A DNA stretch of 64,000 bases from Nitrospirota bacterium (GCA_003252075.1 QKDO01000058.1:6017-70016); one strand, 5' to 3'. Counted from the stretch's first letter, positions 39,712 through 47,666 are shown. Notes: a model not told the origin generated them from the letters alone. Translations and numbers: made by a program.

Positions 39712-40119
39712 TTATGCCCCGGCCTTTACTTCAATTTTCTGGGTCTTGGCCTTCTCGGCCTTCGGGAGCACGAGTTTCAGAACGCCGTTCTTCACTGTCG
39801 CCTGAATCCGCTCCCGGTCGATCTCATTCGACAGTGTGAACCGGCGGTGATAATCGCCGATGCCGTATTCGTACACAGCGAGCTGCATGTCCTGCGGGAT
39901 ATCCGGATCCACCTTTGCGTAGATCTCGAGGATGTTCTTCTCAAGCGTGATGTCGACCGAGGACTCGTCCACGCCCGGGACATCCGCAATGATCGTGGTC
40001 TGATCCCTACCCTCAATGATGTCCACGGCCGGTTGATACACGCGCCGTTCACGCGTGCGCTCATCCCGTTCCGTTGTTACCGCTTCCTTTTTCCGCGTAT
40101 CCAGATTGTCGTTTGCCAT
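39712..40119 (-). CDS. Hsp20/alpha-crystallin small heat-shock protein (second in operon)
   Basis: YQPAVDIIEGRDQTTIIADVPGVDESSVDITLEKNILEI...GDYHRRFTLSNEID...ATVKNGVLKLVLPK. Confidence 0.9.
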   Translation of the reverse strand: MANDNLDTRKKEAVTTERDERTRERRVYQPAVDIIEGRDQTTIIADVPGVDESSVDITLEKNILEIYAKVDPDIPQDMQLAVYEYGIGDYHRRFTLSNEIDRERIQATVKNGVLKLVLPKAEKAKTQKIEVKAGA

Positions 40120-40136
40120 ATCTTCACCTCCTGTCG

Positions 40137-40574
40137 CTATTCGCTGCTAATGCTGATCTTCCGGGGCTTGTCAGCCTCTGCGCGCTGTACCGAGATCGTC
40201 AGAACACCCTTCTGGTACTTCGCATCCACCCTGCTGCTCTCGACCCTGAAGGGCAGGACTATATTCTTTGAGAACTGGCCGCCCCAGCGTTCGCGGCGGT
40301 GATAGGTCTCGTCCTCCTGCAAATCGCTGCCCTGGCGCTTTCCCTTGATCGTCAGCATCTCGTCAGCCACGGATATGTCGATGTCCTTGGGTTCCATGCC
40401 TGCGACTTCCGTCGTAATGACTGCCTTGTCAGCCGATGCCCAGACATTCACGAGAGGAAAATCATGTACTGACGATCTGCCCATGCGGGACAGGTCCCTG
40501 CTCATCCGCTCGAATTCCCTCCAGGGATCGACGAACCTTCCCAGCCTATCGAAATCCGACCACAACATATGCAC
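40137..40574 (-). CDS. Hsp20/alpha-crystallin small heat-shock protein (first in operon)
   Basis: FPLVNVWASADKAVITTEVAGMEPKDIDISVADEMLTIKG...ERWGGQFSKNIVLPFRVE...AKYQKGVLTISVQ. AGGAGG RBS. Confidence 0.9.
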   Translation of the reverse strand: MHMLWSDFDRLGRFVDPWREFERMSRDLSRMGRSSVHDFPLVNVWASADKAVITTEVAGMEPKDIDISVADEMLTIKGKRQGSDLQEDETYHRRERWGGQFSKNIVLPFRVESSRVDAKYQKGVLTISVQRAEADKPRKISISSE

Positions 40575-40607
40575 ACCTCCTGATATAAATGTTTAAAAAT
40601 TAACCAT

Positions 40608-40634
40608 TTGGCACTCTAACAAGCCGAGTGCTAA
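40608..40634 (-). promoter_or_regulatory. CIRCE (HrcA operator) upstream of the sHSP operon
   Basis: The minus strand reads TTAGCACTC-GGCTTGTTA-GAGTGCCAA. Against the consensus TTAGCACTC-N9-GAGTGCTAA this is one mismatch with exact 9-nt spacing. It lies 34-60 nt upstream of the ATG. A perfect TTGACA (plus-strand 40664-40669) and an AT-rich candidate -10 lie just upstream. Confidence 0.75.
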
Positions 40635-40824
40635 TTATTATTTATCATAAAAAAACAGGGGCTGTCAAGACCTAAAATCGTGTTTATTGGGTATGATGGC
40701 CACGGAAAGAGGTGAGGACGGAAAGGCTGGGCGCAGGATAAACATAGCCTGATGAGACTCATGGACGCAACAGGTCAGGGGTTATTGTCTGAAGAGTCTA
40801 ACCTGAGCATGAAGTCTTCTACCT

Positions 40825-40973
40825 GCGATGAAGAACGATCCCCTATCCAGTAGGCTGTGGGCATTCCGCCGGGAGAGACAATGGATGCAGTTATCACTCG
40901 CGGATATCCCGATGAGGTCTATGAGCAGACAGGCGGGAGCAAAAACGTAACACCGCGCCCTTCCGGGGAATAG
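40825..40973 (+). pseudogene. Decayed copy of the 3' end of the ferredoxin-nitroreductase gene (copy 2)
   Basis: GCGATGAAGAACGATCC... aligns with 38818 onward. The 114 nt from GGCATTCCG to the TAG stop align without gaps to 38856-38969 (about 25 mismatches by hand count). An in-frame TAG replaces the GGG-CAG codons. No 5' part of the gene is present. Confidence 0.65.
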
Positions 40974-41216
40974 CCTCGGGGGCAAAGACATTGCCTTTCA
41001 GCCAGTCTGCTGCGCCTGATACTATACCCTGCCGTGATAATCTCATACATGAATATTTCCGTTTATGACAGGTAAAATCTGCTTTCCCTTCCTTCTGGAC
41101 TCAAGTATGGAGCGGTTCTGCTATAGGAACAAGGTTCCTCTTGGAAATAAAAGCAGGCGCCATTACAGGCGGCAACAGCATGTTTGGCAACTGTTACTAC
41201 AGGATATTGAAAAGTC

Positions 41217-42599
41217 CTAAAACGTAATCGCGAGTTGGGCACCCAATACAACAGCATTCCCCACGGCGCCGCTTCCGCCCGGCTTTATCACGTACTGAAG
41301 GTCCGGAGTGACTGAGAGCCATGGGGTTATTGTGATACGATAGTTGGACTCAATCACTGTCTCTCCCGACCTTTGCGGTATGTATCCGCTGAAACTCCCG
41401 TAAATGGTACCTATCGAGGCAATGTCCTTCCAGCGACTGGGGATCAGTCCCTGGTAACTTAACCCGCCGCCAAAAAAATACGGCATAGTGCTGACACCCG
41501 GTTTAGGCGACAGAGCGACTTCTCCCCAGACAGTCAGGCCTTTCCGGCTTGCAGGGCCTCCGTCCCGGTAAACCATCTGCTGAAACATGGCATACAGATT
41601 GTAGTTGCTGCCTGCGGTGCCTGCGGGTAAGCGCAGACTGGTAAAATCATTGCTGTCGTAAAAGCCGCCGATCGTGTATTCACCCGGCAGCCCGGAGTCC
41701 CCTTGGGCCTGATTGTGCAGATAACTGACCTGCGCTATTGTCAGCAGCCCGGAATTACCCTGCTGGAGCGCAAAATTGGCTCCGCTGTCCTTACCGCTGG
41801 CGGCATTGGGGTTTGTATTAAAAATGCCTGTTACAACCTGAATGGCCGGAACCAAGTCATACATTACCTGGACACCCCACTCCACACCTGGAGGGCTGGG
41901 CGTGAACGTTGCGTCATTGATACCGAGAGAACCGGGGACAGCGTTAATACCCCCATTGATAAAGTTGTTTAAGACAGGCAGCGTCGCAAAGGTGTTGGCA
42001 GGGGCCAAGCGGCCAAGAGCAATGGTAAGCGCACCGTCAAAGAACTGCTGCTGCAGATACATCTGCTGCAGATTGACCTTTTCTCTTCCGGTGAACGCGC
42101 TCTGCACCTCGAACACATCACCGATATACTTGTCCGAAAGATCCTGACCCGATGAGTAACTGCCTCCTATGTTGAAAGAGAGGCCGGGTACACCCAGGAG
42201 CTTATGGATATCCCAGGCCATCAGAGTTTCCACTGTACCGGCATAGGTGATTCCCTGATTTTGGCCGCCGCTCGGATTACCCATGAACTGAGCCGTGTAC
42301 GAGAGTATCCAGGTAATCCCGAGGTTCATCAGTTTGGTCCGATACCCTGCCCAATCTCGGGTCAATGTTTCTTCTATCGCAACAAAGGGCTTTCCCACAC
42401 AACTGAAATGAAGGCCGTGAGGATCAGCGGGGCTAGGACAGCGGAGGGTCCGGTCAGTTACGGCCCCAGGATCTTCAGCAGACCCTGAAGCATCCTGCGA
42501 TTGCGTGGCGTCAACCTGGGCAGATGCCGGCACAGTGCTGCCAAGGGGAAGATCAGACGCCAGGAAAAACAGAGCAGTTACAAGGCAAAGGCAGCCCAT
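41217..42599 (-). CDS. OprB-family (carbohydrate-selective) outer-membrane porin
   Basis: Signal peptide MGCLCLVTALFFLASD. LTRDWAGYRTKLMNLGITW...FMGNPSGGQNQGITYAG...DIHKLLGVPGLSF is typical of OprB. C-terminal aromatic residue (LAITF). A GGAAGG lies 6 nt before the ATG at 42599. Confidence 0.7.
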   Translation of the reverse strand: MGCLCLVTALFFLASDLPLGSTVPASAQVDATQSQDASGSAEDPGAVTDRTLRCPSPADPHGLHFSCVGKPFVAIEETLTRDWAGYRTKLMNLGITWILSYTAQFMGNPSGGQNQGITYAGTVETLMAWDIHKLLGVPGLSFNIGGSYSSGQDLSDKYIGDVFEVQSAFTGREKVNLQQMYLQQQFFDGALTIALGRLAPANTFATLPVLNNFINGGINAVPGSLGINDATFTPSPPGVEWGVQVMYDLVPAIQVVTGIFNTNPNAASGKDSGANFALQQGNSGLLTIAQVSYLHNQAQGDSGLPGEYTIGGFYDSNDFTSLRLPAGTAGSNYNLYAMFQQMVYRDGGPASRKGLTVWGEVALSPKPGVSTMPYFFGGGLSYQGLIPSRWKDIASIGTIYGSFSGYIPQRSGETVIESNYRITITPWLSVTPDLQYVIKPGGSGAVGNAVVLGAQLAITF

Positions 42600-42856
42600 C
42601 CTCATCCTTCCCCCGAAACCTGCCCGAAGCAAAGACTTCCTGTTGCACCACTTTCTTACATTGCAGACTTCTCTACGCATCTGAATCTATCCATGATGTC
42701 GCGGCAGTTATCAGGCACTGGCTGCAAGGGATCTGTTCATGCATTATTTATCGCCAGACTCTTTTTGTCGTTAAAATATCACACCTGGCATCGGAAAAAA
42801 CAGCGGCTGACGTGAAATACTCGCTCGGGCGCAGATGAAAGGATCGAGGGTAATAA

Positions 42857-43081
42857 TTCGGAAATATCTCCGTCGCCAGGATATTGACTTTGAGAGCCTG
42901 CCATCGGGTCCTGGAGATGCAGGATGGCCCCGGGAGGCGGTCCGCGTTAAGGCAACTGACAAACACCGGCATTCCGTCAGAAGAGACAATGCACGCCGTT
43001 ACCGCCTTCGGGTATCCCGGTGAGGTCTATCAGCGGACAGCCGGGAGCAGAAGCGCAACACCACGCTCTTTGGCAGGATAG
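42857..43081 (+). pseudogene. 5'-truncated remnant of a nitroreductase paralogue (copy 3 of the 3' end)
   Basis: Frame translation: ...ENISVARILTLRACHRV...GIPSEETMHAVTAFGYPGEVYQRTAGSRSATPRSLAG*. The last 114 nt align without gaps to 38856-38969 (about 21 mismatches by hand count). Two stop codons (TAATAA) lie immediately upstream. No ferredoxin or N-terminal nitroreductase part is present. Confidence 0.6.
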
Positions 43082-43116
43082 CAACCGGGGACCGAGACTT
43101 CGCCATTGAGTATCCA

Positions 43117-43160
43117 CTGCAACAAGAAAGACCTGATCCTCACGCAGCCTCAGGTGCAGG
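43117..43160 (+). repeat. Direct repeat R, copy 1
   Basis: CTGCAACAAGAAAGACCTGATCCTCACGCAGCCTCAGGTGCAGG. 34 of 44 positions are identical to 43808-43851. The first 20 nt match 19/20. Confidence 0.55.
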
Positions 43161-43354
43161 CCTGCCCGGTTCATCCGGGGATTCGAGAGATACTACAAGA
43201 TCCTTTGGAAAGGCGTTGAGTCTTTTATCTTCGTCAGTAGTTCCTCCGGGTACTTTGACCTGAGAAAGATTAAACAATCAGCGGGAAAAGGCGTAAAATA
43301 TAAGTGTGGCGAACGAAAAATACACCCCGTAGGGATAAGAAGGAGGTTTGCGCC

Positions 43355-43789
43355 ATGAAGAACAGAAGCCTGGTTTTGATTGTTGGACTTATAGTAATCA
43401 CGGCCATCCTCATATCCGGAGCACCTGTCATGGCCGGCGGAGGGCATGGCGGAGGCTGGGGCTGGGGCTATTTCGGTCTCGGGCTTGCCACAGGAGCGCT
43501 TTTGAGCTATCCCTATTACTACCAGCCGTACTATCCGTATTACCCGTATTACCCATACTATTCTTATTATCCCTATGCCTATGCTCCGGCATATCGTACT
43601 TCACCGACGGTGATTTACCGCGAACGGGAACCGGCGTATGCAGAGCCGGATCGGGCGAGATATTCCTCCCGGAATACCTGGTACTACTGCAAAGAGTCCA
43701 ACGCCTACTATCCCTATGTACGGAATTGCCCCGGCGGATGGGAGAAGGTGCCTACGGTGCCGCCATCGGAACCCGGCAGCGACAGGTGA
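43355..43789 (+). CDS. Secreted Tyr/Pro-rich low-complexity protein with a conserved Cys-containing C-terminal motif
   Basis: AGGAGG RBS and signal/TM MKNRSLVLIVGLIVITAILISGAPVMA. Then a GGGHGGGWGWGYFG segment, a (YYP)-type run YPYYYQPYYPYYPYYPYYSYYPYAYAPAY, and WYYCKESNAYYPYVRNCPGGWEKVP. Confidence 0.6.
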   Translation: MKNRSLVLIVGLIVITAILISGAPVMAGGGHGGGWGWGYFGLGLATGALLSYPYYYQPYYPYYPYYPYYSYYPYAYAPAYRTSPTVIYREREPAYAEPDRARYSSRNTWYYCKESNAYYPYVRNCPGGWEKVPTVPPSEPGSDR

Positions 43790-43807
43790 AGATCAGAAAG
43801 CGGGTCA

Positions 43808-43851
43808 CCGCAACAAGAAAGACCTGACGCTCGCGCAGTCTCCTGTCACGG
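43808..43851 (+). repeat. Direct repeat R, copy 2
   Basis: CCGCAACAAGAAAGACCTGACGCTCGCGCAGTCTCCTGTCACGG. It ends 11 nt before the stop of the NERD gene. Confidence 0.55.
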
Positions 43852-43861
43852 TGATACTCCT

Positions 43862-44761
43862 TTATTTGCCCTCTGCCTTTTTTGCATAGGCGACGGGTTC
43901 TACGTCCCGACAGCGCTGCTCTACTTGGTGGGCTATCCTTTGCATAAGAATGTCAGTCACGCAAGCGTTGCCCGTACCTTTGAGCAAAAGGTCCGGATTC
44001 TTACCGTTGTAGATGAGCATATCAGAAGGCTTCTTGCGCTCGATAAACCATCCGGGGAGGGCAAGAACCGGTTTTACCCAAACAGGCTCACCAACAGCAC
44101 TGCTCAACCACTGAGATAGCCATGCTGCCTGGCGTTTCGCCTGGTCTAAGGGTTTCTTCTCTGTCCAGTTCGGAAAGATAAGCGATTCACCATCAAAGAC
44201 AACTGTAGCTTCTGCAGGCCCTCCTCTTTTATCCGGTTTTGCTCTTCCCTTTGTCTCAACAGCAAAGACGCCTTTTGGGCTAATGACGACGTGATCGACA
44301 TTAAACTTTTCTGCAGGAAAGTCATGATAGATCCTGCAGCCTTGCAGCATGAGTTGGTTCAGTTCCTGCCCGACTGCAAGCTCACAGTCAAGACCAAGCC
44401 GGAGAGCGGCTCTTTCTTTTGCTTTTTTCCACATTTTGAAAATAAGGATAATTACAGCGACCAGTGGTGAAAGAGTGTAAAGGATCACAGTGAATGTCGA
44501 GTTTTTTCCCGACACAGCTATGGCAAGATATACTGCATAGAATAATAAAGGCAAAGAGACGGTTGCCAACAGATAAAAGTTGAGATCATCATCGAGAGCT
44601 TCGATACCTTTTCTTAATGTTTCTCCCGGCATTCTCAATAATTGTCGCGTAAGCGGATTTCTGCGTCCCCGTCGAGTCAATCCAAAAAACCAAAATACTC
44701 CGATGATAATCGCGAACGTTCCTAAAAAAATTATATGAGGCGTAAAAAGCAGAAGGTACAT
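43862..44761 (-). CDS. Membrane-anchored NERD (nuclease-related domain) protein
   Basis: Three N-terminal TM helices, then CRIYHDFPAEKFNVDHVVISPKGVFAVETKGRAKPD, which matches the NERD pattern. The start overlaps the HNH gene stop by 1 nt (TAATG). Confidence 0.7.
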   Translation of the reverse strand: MYLLLFTPHIIFLGTFAIIIGVFWFFGLTRRGRRNPLTRQLLRMPGETLRKGIEALDDDLNFYLLATVSLPLLFYAVYLAIAVSGKNSTFTVILYTLSPLVAVIILIFKMWKKAKERAALRLGLDCELAVGQELNQLMLQGCRIYHDFPAEKFNVDHVVISPKGVFAVETKGRAKPDKRGGPAEATVVFDGESLIFPNWTEKKPLDQAKRQAAWLSQWLSSAVGEPVWVKPVLALPGWFIERKKPSDMLIYNGKNPDLLLKGTGNACVTDILMQRIAHQVEQRCRDVEPVAYAKKAEGK

Positions 44762-45138
44762 TATGTCATTGGCTCCTTTTTTAAGTTTCTTTGCCTGTTC
44801 GCAGCTTGACGTCTTGCAACAAGTCTGCGGAAATGCTTCCCGGCATCGGTATTCTTCTTAATCTCCTTTTTTGCAATCAAGCCAAGAAGCAGAAGCTCCC
44901 GAAGCGCCCTGCCCTTGCGATGCCAGCGGAGACGATTGCAGCGGACACAGGCAGGGAGATAGTTCTCGGCTGCATTCTTGCCACCCTTGTCCTTCTGAAT
45001 GACGTGGTCAACTTCCCACGCGCCCTTTTCAGGCTGCCCTTTCTTAATGCCCCGGCGGGCAAAGAATAGGCGGTCGCCACAGAAATGGCAGTGACCGGAA
45101 GTGCGGGAGAAGATGGCTTTAAGTGTGTTGTTCGTCAT
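44761..45138 (-). CDS. HNH endonuclease
   Basis: CHFCGDRL...WEVDHVIQKDKGGKNAAENYLPACVRCNRLRWH is a canonical CxxC...DH...N...CxxCN HNH zinc-finger motif. Basic C-terminal tail. Confidence 0.8.
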   Translation of the reverse strand: MTNNTLKAIFSRTSGHCHFCGDRLFFARRGIKKGQPEKGAWEVDHVIQKDKGGKNAAENYLPACVRCNRLRWHRKGRALRELLLLGLIAKKEIKKNTDAGKHFRRLVARRQAANRQRNLKKEPMT

Positions 45139-45230
45139 TAAGTAAGCAGTAAAAGCAATATAACCCTTATCCTGTCATCCAAAAAGCATTATCTTCTATG
45201 CTCTTCACACAAGTTATCCCAAAAGATCTC

Positions 45231-45383
45231 CTAGGGCATAATCTCTTCATGCTTTGATCGCCAGTGTGCGTCTATACCATCCCACCCATTACCCTGAAAG
45301 ATGTGACCACAGATTGGGCATTGCCGTGGTCTTTCCTTTTGCACTTTCTTCTTACAGCAAAGACATCTAATTTCTTCTTTCAT
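45231..45383 (-). CDS. 50-aa zinc-ribbon protein (not in the ORF track)
   Basis: MKEEIRCLCCKKKVQKERPRQCPICGHIFQGNGWDGIDAHWRSKHEEIMP*. CxxC-x11-CxxC arrangement. Its ATG overlaps the McrC-like stop (ATGA). Confidence 0.45.
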   Translation of the reverse strand: MKEEIRCLCCKKKVQKERPRQCPICGHIFQGNGWDGIDAHWRSKHEEIMP

Positions 45384-46411
45384 ACTCTTTTCTCAGGATG
45401 ACTGCTTAGGTTTTTATAATCCTCCTTAGATTCATAGTTCAGTGCTTCCAATAATCTTGTCATAAATTCTTCACCATTTGCATCAAGATCGTTGTCAAGT
45501 GGGAAGCTGAGGCAGCGAATCGTGCAATCACCGATACGTATAGAATGCGGACCTGCCGGCATTGACGGGTATACGAGAAATGCTGTCAAGCAGCGCTTTG
45601 ACGTAGCGTAAGAGGAAACTTTTGCTATATCATTAGTCGACGGCTTATCTTCCTTCTTATACTTAGTGTCAAGAACGCATAGAGGCGTTTCTTTGCCAAG
45701 ATCATAAAGCACCAAATCAATTCTAAAGAAAATAGACCCGTCATCGCTGATGCGAACATGTTCTTGAGGCTTAAGGAAATATCGCTCCGGCAAATGCACT
45801 TTAAGCCATTCAGCAACAAACAATTCATATAGGCGATCCATATTGACGAGAAATGGTATTGCCGCCCTACTGCCAGCTTCATGAGACGGGCCACTGTGTT
45901 CGAGAAAAAACCTACACAGTGCATGCAAAGGTCTGTAGTCTTCATTCAAGCGATTGTAGAGTCGATTTATACAGATTTGTGCTTTAAATGGCTTCAGAGT
46001 TACCAACTGCTGTAAGTCACGATAAGCACGGCGTACAGTCTGTGTTGTTCTCTCTGAGTAAAAATGAGATCTCAATATATTATGAAGAGTCCAAGCGGGG
46101 ATTTGATTTTCTTCCAAGTCGGCTGTGTGCTCCTCATAATGACAAAGAAAGGCGGGGGCCCACGTCTTCTTTATCTTTTCATTTATATCGAGGCGGCCAG
46201 CGAGGTGATATAACGTATCAGCTTTGGAAACATAATTCCTGTAAAAGCTTTTTCTGCCACGGTCTAAAATTTTTAAACTCAATATCTTTGCAAAACGGTC
46301 GAAAGAACCTGTCGCAAGAGGAGTCCTACATCTTCTTATACCACCAGGCGTCCTGGCCGCCTTCGATAAAAGTAAGGGGATCAGCCTTGCTCCGATCGGT
46401 TCTGTCACCAT
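45380..46411 (-). CDS. McrC-like PD-(D/E)xK nuclease; no McrB partner, probably 5'-truncated or with an unreliable start
   Basis: FYRNYVSKADTLYHLAGRLDI and the nuclease core FFRIDLVLYD...CVLDTKYKK resemble McrC. The first 86 nt (about 28 codons) overlap the 3' end of the upstream GC-rich gene, and there is no internal ATG for about 190 codons. The sequence is visibly AT-richer than the window. Confidence 0.55.
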   Translation of the reverse strand: MVTEPIGARLIPLLLSKAARTPGGIRRCRTPLATGSFDRFAKILSLKILDRGRKSFYRNYVSKADTLYHLAGRLDINEKIKKTWAPAFLCHYEEHTADLEENQIPAWTLHNILRSHFYSERTTQTVRRAYRDLQQLVTLKPFKAQICINRLYNRLNEDYRPLHALCRFFLEHSGPSHEAGSRAAIPFLVNMDRLYELFVAEWLKVHLPERYFLKPQEHVRISDDGSIFFRIDLVLYDLGKETPLCVLDTKYKKEDKPSTNDIAKVSSYATSKRCLTAFLVYPSMPAGPHSIRIGDCTIRCLSFPLDNDLDANGEEFMTRLLEALNYESKEDYKNLSSHPEKRV

Positions 46412-47249
46412 AGGTCAGCTTGCCGCCCTTGACGCTGAATTTCCAAGTACCGTAAAGCTTTCCGCTCAGCGCCAGTTTCAGGGTGTATGACCCGTCAACT
46501 GCAAGCAAGTCCTTTGCCTTGAAATAGGCGCCGCCTGAGGTCTTGACCATGGGGAATATCATGTCGAATTCGAAACGGTTCCACTCCCGGTGGAGGGAGA
46601 TGGTCTGGTTCTCCCGCGACGTGCAGACGAGTTTCTTGTCCTTGTCCCGGGTTATCTCGATGCGGGGAGCGTAATCCACGGTAAGCTTGTCGGCAGAGTC
46701 GTGCCTCAGCCATACCTTGAACGAAAGACTGTTGCCAGGGTCCGCCTTCGGATAGTAGAGGTACGCCCAGCTGCTCCAGTCGCCGTCGATGAGGTACACA
46801 TCGCCTCCTGCGAAAGGATCGGAAGGCGATTTTTTTGCTATGCTGAACAAGAAGGTGTAGAACTTTGCGCCTTCGAGATAAAAATCGAGCACGTACGAAC
46901 CCGGCTCCTTAAACGGGAACATGAGCAGACTCGACTGTCCGCTACTGAGGTCAGTGGCAGTCATGAAATCAAACCTCATGTACGGCAGTTTGATAAGTTC
47001 TGTTTTAAAATCAAACCGGTAGAGCTCGGCGCCGTCGGCTTTTCTGAAGATGACCCACCCCTTTGCTCCTGCGGGCATGAACACCCCTTGCATCTGGTTG
47101 TCCAGGGAGAAGCTGGCGTTGTTGCTCACAAGCCTGACATTGTTGAGCAGGGAAGCGAACATGATACCGGGCGGATATTCGGCCACGGCCGGGAGGGAGA
47201 GCGCCGCAACGAGCAATAGGGCAATCACGAGCAACGTCAACTTTTTCAT
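46326..47249 (-). CDS. Secreted hypothetical protein with an internal duplication
   Basis: Signal peptide MKKLTLLVIALLLVAALSLPAVA. Two similar segments: GSYVLDFYLEGAKFYTFLFSI and GSYTLKLALSGKLYGTWKFSV. Host-like composition. Confidence 0.55.
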   Translation of the reverse strand: MKKLTLLVIALLLVAALSLPAVAEYPPGIMFASLLNNVRLVSNNASFSLDNQMQGVFMPAGAKGWVIFRKADGAELYRFDFKTELIKLPYMRFDFMTATDLSSGQSSLLMFPFKEPGSYVLDFYLEGAKFYTFLFSIAKKSPSDPFAGGDVYLIDGDWSSWAYLYYPKADPGNSLSFKVWLRHDSADKLTVDYAPRIEITRDKDKKLVCTSRENQTISLHREWNRFEFDMIFPMVKTSGGAYFKAKDLLAVDGSYTLKLALSGKLYGTWKFSVKGGKLTYGDRTDRSKADPLTFIEGGQDAWWYKKM

Positions 47250-47666
47250 TTCATCCTCCTTATGTCAAAAATGGTTGCATGCCGGCCACGTGCAGCCGGA
47301 AAAACCGTATACGCACACATGTCATAGAGCGAAAAACACAGGCCTGGTGCCGAAGAGCCCGCGCAGCTGTAAGCGACTGCACTTGAAGATGATTCCCGCC
47401 AAGAACATGACGATACGGATACCCTTATGACCGGCAGGCCTTCCGGCTATTTTATGTGAGCAGGGCGATAAATGCCATACCCTATCCAAGAAAAATCTTT
47501 TGATAGGAAGAATGGTCCCAGGGTCATCAATGCTTATGGAGATCTGCAGACCTTCCATGGGCCTGGCCTTGCTTTGCCGAGGCACGAACACGCCGGGAGT
47601 CAGAAGCGCCGAAGTCTCACGCAGGCAGGTACGCAAGCCTGCAGGTTGTGGTAAAATCTCTGTCAT

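Noticed and set aside
39547-40302. 251-aa plus-strand ORF spanning two Hsp20 genes
   Set aside because: It crosses the intergenic gap of the antisense sHSP genes. All three sHSPs have alpha-crystallin motifs and RBSs, and this ORF has neither.
38655-43174. Apparent family of similar small minus-strand ORFs (38655-39008, 40782-40991, 42977-43174)
   Set aside because: Their similarity is simply the reverse-strand image of the three nitroreductase 3'-end copies. They have no independent start signals.
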